Of a stretch of DNA of 64,000 nucleotides, positions 1 through 10,105 are shown piece by piece. The DNA is from Acidobacteriota bacterium (GTDB lineage: Bacteria; Acidobacteriota; Thermoanaerobaculia; Gp7-AA8). Position 1 is the first letter of the stretch, and the number at the start of each line of letters is the position of its first letter. The notes beneath the pieces are model-generated. The model ran no database searches, was not told the origin of the DNA, and saw only the letters and a program-made list of their open reading frames with translations. The stretch covers positions 78,976 through 142,975 of the forward strand of contig JAJPHC010000030.1 in the NCBI GenBank assembly GCA_021325515.1, in the 5' to 3' direction. A program made the position numbers and the translations under genes.

Positions 1-2405
1 CCGATGAGATCGCGGAGATCGCGATCGACGACTTCACTCTGCCGGGACCGCCGCGCACTCTCAAGCGCGCGGTTCCTGCGCGGCGCGTCATGACCGTCAA
101 CGGCCCGCGGCTCGTCACGACGTCGTTCGATCTACTGCTCGCGCAATACGGCGTCGATCGTGGCCTCGGCAAAGGCGAATGGCCGCAGAGCTACGACGAT
201 GCCAGCCAGCCCTTCACTCCCGCATGGCAGGAACAGTTCACCGGCGTCAGCGCAGCGGACGTCATTCGCTTCGCCCGCGAGTGGGGCGATACCGCGGAGA
301 CGACGCAAGGGCGCTGCTCGATCATCATCGGCGCCGGCGTCAATCACTGGTACCACAACAATCTGATCTATCGCGCCTGCATCACCGCGCTGATGATCAC
401 CGGCTGTATTGGGCGCAGCGGCGGCGGCTGGAATCACTACGTCGGCCAGGAGAAGCTCGCGCCGCAGGGCTCATGGGCGCCGATCGCGTTCGCACTCGAC
501 TGGGGCGGACCGGCGAGGCTGCAGAACGCTCCGTCGTTTCACTACATGCACACCGATCAGTGGCGTTACGACCGTGCGTTCAAGGATCTCTGTCCGGTGA
601 CCGACGAGAAGCATCCGATGGCGACGGGCCACACCGCGGACCGGCAGGCGATGGCCGTGCGCAACGGCTGGCTCCCCTGCTTCCCGCAATTCGATCAGCC
701 GAATCGCAGTGTGCTGGAAGGCGCGCGGAAGAGCGGCACGGAAGACATCGGTGCCTACGTCGCCGCCCAGTTGCGCGAGCGCAAGCTCCGCTTCTCGATG
801 GAGGATCCCGACAACCCGCAATCGTGGCCGCGCGTCTTCTACATCTGGCGCGGCAATGCGCTGCAGGCCTCGGCCAAAGGTCACGAGTATTTCCTCAGGC
901 ACTACCTCGGCGTCGACAGCGCGGTGATCGCCGAGGAGCAGGCGAAGGACGACATCCGCGACGTCACCTGGCGCGACGAAGCGCCGCGCGGAAAGATGGA
1001 TCTGATCGTCGACATCAACTTCCGCATGGACACCTCGGCGCTCTACTCCGATGTCGTACTCCCGTCGGCGTCGTGGTACGAGAAGGACGATCTCAGCTCC
1101 ACCGACATGCACACGTACATTCACCCGCTGCAGAAGGCGGTGAATCCATGCTGGGAGTCGAAGAGCGACTGGCAGATCTTCCGCGACCTGGCGAAGCACA
1201 CACAGGATCTCGCGCGCGCGGCGAAGATACCGGCGTTCGACGATCTCGTCGTCACGCCGCTGATGCACGACACTCCGGCGGAGATCGCGCAGCCGGCGGT
1301 GCGCGACTGGACGCGCGGCGAATGCGAGCCGATCCCCGGCCGCACCATGCCCAACGTCACGATCGTCTCCCGCGACTACGCGAACATCTACAACCGTTTC
1401 ATCTCTGTCGGCCCGAAGTTCCGCGACATGGGCCTCGGCGTACATGGGACGAAGTACGCCGTCGACGATGTCTATGACGAGTGGCTGCGGAGCGAGCCGG
1501 TCGAGACGTGGGATGGCCGGAGCTATCCCTCGCTGCGCGAAGACAGAACGGCATGCGATGTCATCCTCCGTTTCGCGGCGGAAACGAATGGCGAGCTCGC
1601 CTGGCGCGCATTTCAAAATGAATCGGAGAAGAGCGGGCGCGATCATTCGCATCTCGCCGCCGACACGCGCGGTGTGCGCTACAGCTTCGATGATCTGATC
1701 CAGCAGCCGCGGCGCGTGTTCACGACGCCGTTTTGGACCGGGATCACGACCGGGGGCCGCACCTACGCAGGCTTCGCGCAGAACATCGAGGAGCTGCTGC
1801 CGTGGCGCACGCTGAGCGGACGCCAGCATCTCTACCTCGATCACGAGGTCTATCGCGCGTACGGCGAGCATCTGCCGACGTACAAACCGCGGCCGGATCA
1901 GGAGGCGATCGGCGATCTCGCCGTCATGCAACCGCAGGACGGCCTCGTCCTCAACTACCTCACGCCGCACGGCAAATGGCACATCCACTCGACCTACGGC
2001 GACACGCTGCGCATGCTCACGCTCTCGCGCGGCACGGAGCCGGCGTGGATGAACGACAAGGACGCGGCCTCCGCCGGCATCAAAGACAACGACTGGGTCG
2101 AGATCGTCAACGATCACGGCGTCGTGGTCACGCGCGCCTGTATCAGCGCGCGCATCCCGCGCGGCATGTGCCTCATCTATCACGCGACGGAGCGAACGAC
2201 CGGCACGCCGAAGACCACCGCGCGTGAAGGCAAGCCGATGCGCGGCGGCGCACACAACAGTCTGACGCGCGCGCGGCTGAAACCGCTCTTCATGATCGGC
2301 GGCTACGCGCAATTCACCTGGGCCTTCAACTACTGGGGGCCGCAGGGCATCAACCGCGACACGTATGTGGTCGTCCGCAGAATGAAGGGAGCCCCGCAAT
2401 GGTGA
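1..2405 (+). CDS. narG: Respiratory nitrate reductase alpha subunit, copy 1; 5'-truncated at the window edge (reading frame runs from nt 3)
   Basis: The C-terminal ~800 aa align colinearly with the full-length NarG at 13131-16805 (e.g. [20 protein letters not shown]). The open frame continues upstream of the first Met to the window start. It is followed by narH, narJ and narI. Confidence 0.9.
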   Translation, partial: DEIAEIAIDDFTLPGPPRTLKRAVPARRVMTVNGPRLVTTSFDLLLAQYGVDRGLGKGEWPQSYDDASQPFTPAWQEQFTGVSAADVIRFAREWGDTAETTQGRCSIIIGAGVNHWYHNNLIYRACITALMITGCIGRSGGGWNHYVGQEKLAPQGSWAPIAFALDWGGPARLQNAPSFHYMHTDQWRYDRAFKDLCPVTDEKHPMATGHTADRQAMAVRNGWLPCFPQFDQPNRSVLEGARKSGTEDIGAYVAAQLRERKLRFSMEDPDNPQSWPRVFYIWRGNALQASAKGHEYFLRHYLGVDSAVIAEEQAKDDIRDVTWRDEAPRGKMDLIVDINFRMDTSALYSDVVLPSASWYEKDDLSSTDMHTYIHPLQKAVNPCWESKSDWQIFRDLAKHTQDLARAAKIPAFDDLVVTPLMHDTPAEIAQPAVRDWTRGECEPIPGRTMPNVTIVSRDYANIYNRFISVGPKFRDMGLGVHGTKYAVDDVYDEWLRSEPVETWDGRSYPSLREDRTACDVILRFAAETNGELAWRAFQNESEKSGRDHSHLAADTRGVRYSFDDLIQQPRRVFTTPFWTGITTGGRTYAGFAQNIEELLPWRTLSGRQHLYLDHEVYRAYGEHLPTYKPRPDQEAIGDLAVMQPQDGLVLNYLTPHGKWHIHSTYGDTLRMLTLSRGTEPAWMNDKDAASAGIKDNDWVEIVNDHGVVVTRACISARIPRGMCLIYHATERTTGTPKTTAREGKPMRGGAHNSLTRARLKPLFMIGGYAQFTWAFNYWGPQGINRDTYVVVRRMKGAPQW

Positions 2406-3886
2406 AGCTCGACGTACGCGCTCAGGTGTCGATGGTGTTTCACCTCGACAAGTGCATCGGCTGCCACACCTGCAGCCTCGCCTGCAAGAACCTCTGGACC
2501 GAGCGGCCCGGCGCCGAGTACATGTGGTGGAACAACGTCGAGACGAAGCCGGGCACGGGATATCCGAGCAACTGGGAAGATCAGGATCGGTGGCAGGGCG
2601 GCTGGAGTGTAGGACAGGCGCCCTCGCCCGTCCTCCGTTCCCAGGGAAAACTCACGGGACTGCTCAAGCTCTTCTACAACGCGAATCAGCCCGGCCTCGA
2701 CGACTATTACGAGCCATGGACCTATCGCTACAGCGATCTGTTCGATGCGCCACAGGGCGATGTCCAACCATCCGCTGCACCCATTTCGCAAATCACGGGA
2801 AAGCCGATCGACATCAAGCGCGGGCCGAACTGGGATGACGATCTCGGCGGCTCGCCGCTCTATGCGGAGAACGATCCGAATCTCGCGTCGCTGACGGAAG
2901 ACGAGCGGAAGTCGCTGTTCGAAGTCGAGCGGATGACGATGATGTACCTCCCGCGCATCTGCAATCACTGCACGAATCCGGCGTGCGTCGCAGCATGTCC
3001 GTCCGGTGCGCTCTACAAGCGCGGCGAAGACGGCATCGTGCTCGTCAATCAGGATGCCTGCCGCGGCTGGCGTGCGTGCGTCGCCGCCTGCCCGTACAAG
3101 AAAGTCTTCTACAACTGGAAAACGGGCAAGTCGGAGAAGTGCATCCTCTGCTATCCGCGTCTCGAGACGGGACAGCCGCCGGCCTGCTTCCACTCCTGCG
3201 TGGGCCGCATCCGGTACATGGGAGTCATCCTCTACGACGCAAGCCGCATCGCGGAGGTCGCGAACGCGCCGGTCGAGAAGCTGATCGACCTGCAGCGCTC
3301 GATGCTCCTCGACCCGAATGATCCTGTGGTCATCGCCGCCGCGGAAGAGAACGGAGTGAGCGCCCAACTACTCGCTGCAGCAAAGCAGTCGCCGGTCTGG
3401 AAATTCGTACGCGAGTGGGAGCTCGCGCTGCCGCTGCATCCGGAGTACCGCACGCTGCCGATGCTTTTCTACGTGCCGCCTCTCGTACCGGTGATGGGGC
3501 ATCGCGAGGAGGGCCTCTACACACGCGCCGGCGATCGCGAATCGATCTTCAATGCAATCGACGAAGCGCGGCTGCCGGTCAAGTACCTCGCGTCGCTCTT
3601 CTCCGCCGGCGATCCCGAGCCCGTCAAAGCGGCGTTGCGCAAGCTGATGGCGGTGCGCTGGCACCGCCGCTCGCTCGAGTTCAAGACCATCGACCCGCAG
3701 CAGATCCTCGCCGACGCCGGCCTCACCGTCGAACAGGCCAACGCGATCTATCGCCTCACCGCGCTGTCGACGCTCGAAGAGCGCTTCGTCCTGCCGCCGC
3801 TGCAGCGCGAGGAAGCGCTCAGCACATTCGGCGACACCGCTGCCGAAGACTGCCGCCAGAGCTGCGGCCTCGGGAGGACGATGTGA
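2399..3886 (+). CDS. narH: Respiratory nitrate reductase beta subunit (Fe-S), copy 1
   Basis: N-terminus is MVKLDVRAQVSMVFHLDKCIGCHTCSLACKN. Several Cys clusters (CNHCTNPACVAACP, CRGWRACVAACPY) are present. Its ATG overlaps the narG stop. Confidence 0.92.
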   Translation: MVKLDVRAQVSMVFHLDKCIGCHTCSLACKNLWTERPGAEYMWWNNVETKPGTGYPSNWEDQDRWQGGWSVGQAPSPVLRSQGKLTGLLKLFYNANQPGLDDYYEPWTYRYSDLFDAPQGDVQPSAAPISQITGKPIDIKRGPNWDDDLGGSPLYAENDPNLASLTEDERKSLFEVERMTMMYLPRICNHCTNPACVAACPSGALYKRGEDGIVLVNQDACRGWRACVAACPYKKVFYNWKTGKSEKCILCYPRLETGQPPACFHSCVGRIRYMGVILYDASRIAEVANAPVEKLIDLQRSMLLDPNDPVVIAAAEENGVSAQLLAAAKQSPVWKFVREWELALPLHPEYRTLPMLFYVPPLVPVMGHREEGLYTRAGDRESIFNAIDEARLPVKYLASLFSAGDPEPVKAALRKLMAVRWHRRSLEFKTIDPQQILADAGLTVEQANAIYRLTALSTLEERFVLPPLQREEALSTFGDTAAEDCRQSCGLGRTM

Positions 3887-4332
3887 CCCTGTCAGCGCTG
3901 TTTCGTTATCCCGAGCGGCCGGTGGCCGCCGGCGAGCACGATCTCGAGCGTTTCGACGCCGAGATGTCCGCGCTCGACCTGCAGACGCAGCAATCGCTCT
4001 ACACCTCGACGTTCGATCTCGCGCCGTCGTGCACGCCGTACCTCGGCGTGCATCTCTTCGGCGATGAGAATGCCGATCGCGCGCGGCTCATGGTCGGTCT
4101 GCGCCTCGCCTACAAGCGAGCCGGCATGAGTGAAGGCGGAGAGCTGCCCGATCACATCGCCGAGGTGCTCGACTTCGACGCACGCGGCGTGGAGGAGAAG
4201 GAGGAGCTGCGCCGGCTCATCCTCGTCCCCGCGTTGACGAAGATGAATGAGCTGCTCCAGCCGACGTCGAATCCCTACAGACATCTCGTCGCGGCAACGC
4301 TGCACCGAATGGAGGAATCCCGTGAGTCGTGA
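3883..4332 (+). CDS. narJ: Nitrate reductase assembly chaperone (delta subunit), copy 1
   Basis: A GTG start lies in-frame after a GGGAGGA ribosome-binding site. The protein is ~150 aa with the NarJ motifs TSTFDL and NPYRHL. Its position between narH and narI fits. Confidence 0.8.
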   Translation: MTLSALFRYPERPVAAGEHDLERFDAEMSALDLQTQQSLYTSTFDLAPSCTPYLGVHLFGDENADRARLMVGLRLAYKRAGMSEGGELPDHIAEVLDFDARGVEEKEELRRLILVPALTKMNELLQPTSNPYRHLVAATLHRMEESRES

Positions 4333-4981
4333 TCTGCTGCTCGTCGCACTCCCCTACGCGTCGGTCGCGATCTTCCTCGCGGGGACGATCTGGCGCTTCC
4401 GCTCCGCGCGGACGATCTCGTCGCAGTCGTCGCAGTTCCTCGAGCGCCGCTGGCTGGCGTGGGGCACGATTCCCTTTCACTTCGGGATCTTCGTCGTGCT
4501 CGCCGATCATCTCGTGCCGCTCGTCGCGCCGGACATGTGGCGCGTCCTCGTATCGAAGCCGTGGGGCCTCCTCGCGGTCGAGAGCCTCGGCGCGGGCGGG
4601 GCGATGCTCGCGCTGCTGGGGCTGACGATTCTCCTGCTTCGCCGCCTCGGCACAGGCGTGGTCCGCGCGTCGTCGAGCTTCGGCGACATCGCGGTCGTCG
4701 TGCTGCTGATCGCTCAGGCCGCACTCGGCTTCGCGGTCGCGTCGCTGCATCGCTGGGGATCGGTGTGGTCCGTAGGCACGACCGTTCCGTACCTGCGCAG
4801 CCTGCTCGCATTCAACCCTGATGTGACGTATGTCGCCGGCGTGCCGCCGCTGATGCAGTGGCATCTCGCCGGAGCATGGATCATCCTCGCGCTGCTCCCC
4901 TTCACGCGATTGGTCCACATGTTGACCTTCCCGCTGGGATATCTGTTCCGCAGACCGCAAAAGGTGGTCTGGACGACGTAA
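4322..4981 (+). CDS. narI: Respiratory nitrate reductase gamma subunit (haem b, membrane), copy 1
   Basis: A GTG start overlaps the narJ stop. The protein is hydrophobic, with a LLLVALPYASVAIFLAGTIWRFRS N-terminus and conserved His-containing helices, colinear with the second narI. Confidence 0.8.
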   Translation: MSRDLLLVALPYASVAIFLAGTIWRFRSARTISSQSSQFLERRWLAWGTIPFHFGIFVVLADHLVPLVAPDMWRVLVSKPWGLLAVESLGAGGAMLALLGLTILLLRRLGTGVVRASSSFGDIAVVVLLIAQAALGFAVASLHRWGSVWSVGTTVPYLRSLLAFNPDVTYVAGVPPLMQWHLAGAWIILALLPFTRLVHMLTFPLGYLFRRPQKVVWTT

Positions 4982-4990
4982 GGTAAGGTG

Positions 4991-5017
4991 CCTTCTCCCC
5001 TCCACGAGGGGAGAAGG
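4991..5017. terminator. Perfect 12-bp stem hairpin (CCTTCTCCCCTC cac GAGGGGAGAAGG) between the convergent narI and M4 peptidase genes; likely a bidirectional terminator
   Basis: The inverted repeat was read directly. It sits 10 nt after the narI stop in a convergent intergenic gap. Confidence 0.5.
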
Positions 5018-5046
5018 TGGCCGCACGGCCGGATGAGGGGCGGTAC

Positions 5047-8000
5047 TCAGTGCGATGGGCGCCGTCTTGCGCGCGTCGTCGTCGTACCGGTCACATTCGC
5101 GATGTTCAACGTTGCCGTCGACGGACTCCCCAGAGTCGCGCCGTTCGTCGGCGATGACAGCCGCAGCGACACCGTCTCCGTTCCTTCGCTCTGCGTATCC
5201 GAGAGCAGCGTCACGCGGAATGTCTTCGGGTCGGAGTCGCCGTCGGCCCACGTCAGAGTGCCGCTCGCCGGCGCGTAATCGGAGCTCGTCGCGCTGCCAT
5301 TCGCGGTCGAGTACGACACCGACACCGTCCCCTTGTTCCCGCCGAGGCGGACGACGGTGATCGTCGCCGCGGAGCCTTCGTTGCCATTGAACGCCGCGCC
5401 GCTGAAGGACAGCGATCCCGGCTGCGTCGTCGGCCCGGAATACGTACCGCGGCGATAGATCACCGGATACGCCGCGCCGCTCAACCACTGCGCGGGATTG
5501 CCGGAGGGCGTCAGATGATCCGCCGCGAGCTGCTGGATCGCGACGCTCGAGCCACTCGCGTTCGACGCGCCGTAGCCGTACACGATCGCGCGATCGTCAC
5601 CGGTATACGACGGCGCCGCGAATGCCCCCGTTTCCTGTCCCACGAACTGCAGATCGCCATTGTCGAGATTCGTCGCGATCACGTACGTCTTCGCGGCGCC
5701 CGCGTCGTAGGCCTCGAACGTCAGCAGGTCGTCGCTCGTGTGGCCGAGCGCCGGGAAACCGAAATCGTAACCGCCGTCCGGAGGGATGACGCCGTACGTC
5801 GTCGCGTCATCGAGCGCGATGGCGTAGATGCTCCACGCGCCCCATAGCTGTCCGTTCGTCGTCAGCTCGTTGAACGCATCGAACAACAGGAACTGTCCGT
5901 CGTGCGTGAACGCCATCGCGTCGGCGTAGTCGATCGTCGTCACCGAGGTTCCGTCGTAGGTCGGCGTATCGACCTGATACGACGTCTGCTGATTCGTCCC
6001 GAGGTCGACGACGATGATCTTGTTGTCGGGGTTCTTCTGCGCATCCATCAGCACGAAGGCGAACTTGTTTCCATCCGGCGACATCGCGGTCGACGAAACA
6101 CGGATGCCGCTCTTCGGCAGATCGAGACAGACTTCCGCCGCGCTGCCGTCGGTACGGATCAGGCACATGTCGTTGATCGAATCGACGAACGCTGCGAGCG
6201 TTCCGTCCGCCGATACGGAAGGGCGCGACTGCGCCACATCGAAGTGGCTCAGGTACGCGCCGGCCGTACCGTCGCTCGGGAGCTCTTTGCGTCCGAGGAA
6301 CCACGACGCGTTGTCCTTGAAGACGAAGAGCGTGCTGTCGGTTCCGCTGATCACCGGAATCGACGGCTGATCCGGCACCGGCGGCGCGGCGAAGATCTCG
6401 ACGGCATCGAACGCCTCGCCCGTCTTCGCGGCCTGCACGGAATTCGTCCCGAATAATTCCTGCGCGGACGTGACCGCGGCGATGCGTGCGTCGATGAACT
6501 GCGAGTCCTTCGTGAGGTGCTGCGTCAGCGCGCGATAAAAAATCTTCTCCGCGTCGCGATTGCCGATCGCTCCCGGCAGCCCCGCCGCGAGCAGGTAGTA
6601 CGCGCGGTTGATGATGCCGCTGTTCGTGTGCACACCGCCGTTGTCCTGCGTGGTCACGAGGAACTGGCTCATCTTCGCCGGATCGCCGAACTGCGCAGGA
6701 TTCGCCATGTTGCGGATCTTCCCGCGGAGCTGCGAGCCGATGATCCAGTCGTTGCTGCCGAACGTCCTCGCCTCGGCCATCTCGCCGAAGATGTCGGACA
6801 TCGCTTCGTTCAACGCTCCCGATTGATCCTTGTAGACGAGTTTCGCCGTGTGCGACGTCACGCCATGCGTCATCTCGTGCGCGATGACATCGAGCGAGCC
6901 CGCGTAGGAGTCGTCGTCGCCGAAGACCATGAACTGCTGCTCGTCATCCCAGAACGCGTTGGGAAAACGCTGGCCGAGGCGAACGATGCCGGTGAGTGAG
7001 CCGCCGTTGCCGTCGATCGAATTGCGATTGTGACGTTCGAGGTAGTAGTCGTACGTCTCGCCGATCCAGACCGCGGCGCTGACCGTATCGGGGACATTCC
7101 AACTGTTCGCGCTGCCCGACGTTGCGACGGCCAGTCCCGGCGGAAAATTCTTCGGCTCGGATGATGCCGGCTGATTGCCGGCGTCCGCGACGAAGATGCC
7201 GCCGCGCGTCTTCTGCGGGCTCGGAGCCTGCGACGTTGTATCGAACATCTTCTTCGTCGCGTTGAGCATGTAGTACGTCGGGCCTTCGAGCCAGAGGTCG
7301 AGCGTGCGCGTCGTGCCGCCGAGGTCGCGGCCGGAACCGCGCGCGGTGGAGGTTTCGACGGTGTTGTAGCGAGTCAGTTCCGCGCCGGTCGCAGCGTCGA
7401 TGAAGACCAGCCATCTCGCGGCGAGTGACTGAAAGACGCTGACCTTCCATGCGAGACGCGGGCGGCTGCCGGCGCGCGCGTAGATGAGCAGCTCGGCCTC
7501 GCCGGCGAGTGCATCGTTCGCCGCACGCTGCTTCGCGCTGTCCGCGGTGATCTGCGGCTTGTTCACGACACGCCGCGGCGTGGGCACGTACGCACCTTCG
7601 ACGAGGTCGATGTCACCGCGAGGATTCGTGTGCACGAGCAATTCAGACGGCCAGACTTCGAGTCCGCGATAGCGCTGTGAGAAGCGCAGCAGCGCGCGGC
7701 CGTCGTCATCAACGCTCGCCGTGGACGCAACGAGCTCGGTATCGGGATCGTTGAGGCGTAACGCACGGCGATTCTCGCGGAAGAACGTACGCGCGGTCTC
7801 GAGATCATCGCGCACTGCGTCCGCCGCGAACTTGTGGACCGCGGGCTGCAGTTGTTCGCCGCGGATCTGCCGCGGCGTGCCGTTCGTGCGATAGAGGCCG
7901 TCGAAGTCGCGGCCTGCGGGCGCGGCCTTGAGAGCCGGCGTTTGCGCCGGATGACCGCTCAATGCTTTCTGAAGCCGCTGGCTGATGTCGATGGCGATGG

Positions 8001-8085
8001 GGTCGTTGGTGGAGAGAGTGGCAGCGAGAATCAGCGTCCCGAGCATGAAATAAATCTTAAGACCGTGCGGCGATTCCTGCCACAC
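5047..8085 (-). CDS. Secreted M4 (thermolysin-like) zinc metalloprotease with a beta-propeller (TolB-like) region and a C-terminal Calx-beta-like domain
   Basis: An HEMTHGV zinc motif and a downstream EAMSDIFGE glutamate are present. Repeated SPDG/PDGN propeller-like segments follow. The C-terminus (GTVSVSYSTANGSATSSDYAPASGTLTWADGD...KTF.VTLLSD) looks like Calx-beta. The signal-like N-terminus is MLGTLILAATLS. The start is either GTG at 8085 or the ATG at 8046. Confidence 0.7.
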   Translation of the reverse strand: MWQESPHGLKIYFMLGTLILAATLSTNDPIAIDISQRLQKALSGHPAQTPALKAAPAGRDFDGLYRTNGTPRQIRGEQLQPAVHKFAADAVRDDLETARTFFRENRRALRLNDPDTELVASTASVDDDGRALLRFSQRYRGLEVWPSELLVHTNPRGDIDLVEGAYVPTPRRVVNKPQITADSAKQRAANDALAGEAELLIYARAGSRPRLAWKVSVFQSLAARWLVFIDAATGAELTRYNTVETSTARGSGRDLGGTTRTLDLWLEGPTYYMLNATKKMFDTTSQAPSPQKTRGGIFVADAGNQPASSEPKNFPPGLAVATSGSANSWNVPDTVSAAVWIGETYDYYLERHNRNSIDGNGGSLTGIVRLGQRFPNAFWDDEQQFMVFGDDDSYAGSLDVIAHEMTHGVTSHTAKLVYKDQSGALNEAMSDIFGEMAEARTFGSNDWIIGSQLRGKIRNMANPAQFGDPAKMSQFLVTTQDNGGVHTNSGIINRAYYLLAAGLPGAIGNRDAEKIFYRALTQHLTKDSQFIDARIAAVTSAQELFGTNSVQAAKTGEAFDAVEIFAAPPVPDQPSIPVISGTDSTLFVFKDNASWFLGRKELPSDGTAGAYLSHFDVAQSRPSVSADGTLAAFVDSINDMCLIRTDGSAAEVCLDLPKSGIRVSSTAMSPDGNKFAFVLMDAQKNPDNKIIVVDLGTNQQTSYQVDTPTYDGTSVTTIDYADAMAFTHDGQFLLFDAFNELTTNGQLWGAWSIYAIALDDATTYGVIPPDGGYDFGFPALGHTSDDLLTFEAYDAGAAKTYVIATNLDNGDLQFVGQETGAFAAPSYTGDDRAIVYGYGASNASGSSVAIQQLAADHLTPSGNPAQWLSGAAYPVIYRRGTYSGPTTQPGSLSFSGAAFNGNEGSAATITVVRLGGNKGTVSVSYSTANGSATSSDYAPASGTLTWADGDSDPKTFRVTLLSDTQSEGTETVSLRLSSPTNGATLGSPSTATLNIANVTGTTTTRARRRPSH

Positions 8086-8095
8086 TCTCCATGCG

Positions 8096-8602
8096 ATGAA
8101 GCGCCGCTGGATCGAAGTGTCGGACCTGATGCAGGACCAGTACGTCTACGCGCTGACCGAACCTGAAGGACGCAATTTTCATCCCGATTTCAAACCGCAG
8201 CTCACACCGCGCGAGCTCCTCGCGCTCGGGATCTTCGGCGGCCGCTACATGACGGACTGCGGCGCGGAGTTTCCCGCGAGCTGGTACGAGAACGCGAAGC
8301 TCTGCTCCGAGCGCCACGACCCCGCGCTGAATTTCTTCGGGGTCAATGCCTCGCAGCCGCTTGCCGAATGGCAGCGGAAAGGATGGATTCGCGATCAGGA
8401 TCCGCGCGGATGGTTCCAGTGGTACTGCCGTTATTTCCTCGGCCGCCGCAGCGACGATGACGAGCGGCAGATCAAGCGATGGAAGGCGATGACGCGCCAC
8501 ATCGCACAGATTCGCCAGGGTTGTCCCGACGGCAATCTGGAGTGCCATCGCAAGCAGCGCCAGGCGCTGCTGCACTGGGCGTACGACTCACGAAAGATAT
8601 GA
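8096..8602 (+). CDS. Hypothetical conserved protein (168 aa, Trp/Arg-rich; no family recognised)
   Basis: A clean ORF lies in the gap between flanking genes. No motif was recognised. Confidence 0.4.
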   Translation: MKRRWIEVSDLMQDQYVYALTEPEGRNFHPDFKPQLTPRELLALGIFGGRYMTDCGAEFPASWYENAKLCSERHDPALNFFGVNASQPLAEWQRKGWIRDQDPRGWFQWYCRYFLGRRSDDDERQIKRWKAMTRHIAQIRQGCPDGNLECHRKQRQALLHWAYDSRKI

Positions 8603-9969
8603 CTGCGCCGCCGTATTGCGCACGGACATCGGCGTCACGTGATTTGAAACCTTCCCGCTCGCCTTTCGTTCATCGCTGCGTGCGTTTCTGCCTGTTGTTT
8701 CTCCTCAGCCTTCTCGCGCTTGCGTCATTCGCGGCCGAGCCACCGAGCGCATTGCCGTCGCCGATTCCGGTCCCCGCTGCCGCCCAGCAATCCGCGCACT
8801 TCGATCCCGAAGCGGCGACGACGGCCTATCTCGCCGTGATGCCTCCCGCGGCGAAGGCGCGCTCCGATGCGTACTTCGAGGGAGGCTACTGGCTGATCCT
8901 CTGGGATTTCCTCTACGGCGCGGCGATCTCGATCGCGCTGCTCGCATTCGGCTGGTCCGCGCGCATGCGCAATCGCGCGGAGCGCATCACAGGCAACGTC
9001 ACCCTGCAGACCATCTTGTATCTCCTGCAGTATTTCGCGGCCGTTGCGATCGCCACCTTTCCGCTCGCGCTTTACGAGACCTTCTTTCGCGAACATCAGT
9101 ACGGGCTCTCCACGCAGACGTTCGCCCAGTGGCTGCGCGACTCGAGCGTCGAGCTCGCGGTCGATGTCGTCATGGGGGCGATCGTCGCGTCGGTTCTCTA
9201 CGCAATCGTGCGCAGGCTGCAGCGCACGTGGTGGATCTGGGGCGCGGCGGCAACGTCGGCCTTCGTGATCGTTCTGCAGCTCGTCTGGCCGGTCTTCATC
9301 TCACCGCTGTTCAACAAGCGCATCCCGTTGCGAGACCGGCGAGTGACGGAGCCGATCCTGCGCATGGCGAGAGCGAATGGCATCCCGGCCGATGACGTCT
9401 ATCAGATCGATGCATCGCGGCAGACGACGCGCATGAGCGCGAATGTCTCCGGCTTCGGCAGCACGATGCGCATCACGATCAATGACAATCTCCTCCGCCG
9501 CGGTTCACCCGAAGAGATTCAGGCGGTGATGGGCCACGAGATCGGGCACTACGTGCTCAATCATTCCTATGACCGCGCATTCAAGTTCACGATCATCATC
9601 GTCTTCTGGTTCATTGCGCTGCGCCTCTCTCTCGGTTGGGCGCTCGAACGCTGGGGCGGACGCCTCGGCCTGCGCGGCATCAGCGATCCTGCCGCGCTGC
9701 CGCTCGTCGTCCTGTTGTCCTCGCTCTTCTTCTTCGTTCTCACTCCGGTCATCAACACGATCATCCGGATGCAGGAAGCGGAGGCGGACATGTATGGGCT
9801 CAATGCCGCACACGAGCCGGACGGATTTGCGCAGGCCGCGCTGCACCTCGGCGAATACCGCAAGATGAGTCCCGGGCCGGTGGAGGAGATCCTCTTCTTC
9901 GATCATCCAAGCGGCCGCGAACGCATCTTCGCCTCGATGCGTTGGAAGGCGGAGCATCTGCAGGAGTGA
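8599..9969 (+). CDS. Membrane-bound M48-family zinc metallopeptidase (Ste24/HtpX-like)
   Basis: An HEIGHYVLNH zinc motif follows several hydrophobic helices. The N-terminus has a signal or TM segment. The start was chosen at ATG 8599 to avoid overlap with the upstream gene. Confidence 0.6.
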   Translation: MTAPPYCARTSASRDLKPSRSPFVHRCVRFCLLFLLSLLALASFAAEPPSALPSPIPVPAAAQQSAHFDPEAATTAYLAVMPPAAKARSDAYFEGGYWLILWDFLYGAAISIALLAFGWSARMRNRAERITGNVTLQTILYLLQYFAAVAIATFPLALYETFFREHQYGLSTQTFAQWLRDSSVELAVDVVMGAIVASVLYAIVRRLQRTWWIWGAAATSAFVIVLQLVWPVFISPLFNKRIPLRDRRVTEPILRMARANGIPADDVYQIDASRQTTRMSANVSGFGSTMRITINDNLLRRGSPEEIQAVMGHEIGHYVLNHSYDRAFKFTIIIVFWFIALRLSLGWALERWGGRLGLRGISDPAALPLVVLLSSLFFFVLTPVINTIIRMQEAEADMYGLNAAHEPDGFAQAALHLGEYRKMSPGPVEEILFFDHPSGRERIFASMRWKAEHLQE

Positions 9970-10105
9970 GAGCGCCCGTTTGGGGACGCAGCTCGCCGCC
10001 TGCCATTCCCGAACGTTCGCGGGAGCTCGACCGATGACGACGCTCCGCGGAGTCCCGGCCATTCGGACTTACTGCCCCTGACGAAGTAGGGTCAGCGGCA
10101 GCAGC

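Noticed and set aside
471-2399. 642-aa minus-strand ORF inside narG (similar long antisense ORFs at 15288-16862, 13725-15275, 20184-22505, 28636-31224, 38234-40567)
   Set aside because: Each is fully antisense to a strongly supported gene (narG, actB, pepN, GGDEF-EAL). Each has an Arg/Ala/Asp-rich composition and no recognisable domains. They are GC-rich frame artefacts.
3415-3882. Upstream part of the 305-aa ORF preceding narJ
   Set aside because: It overlaps narH in another frame. narJ homology begins at the GTG at 3883, directly after an RBS.
8479-8598. Longer start for the M48 peptidase ORF
   Set aside because: It would overlap the preceding hypothetical gene by 120 nt. The ATG at 8599 yields a sensible signal/TM N-terminus.
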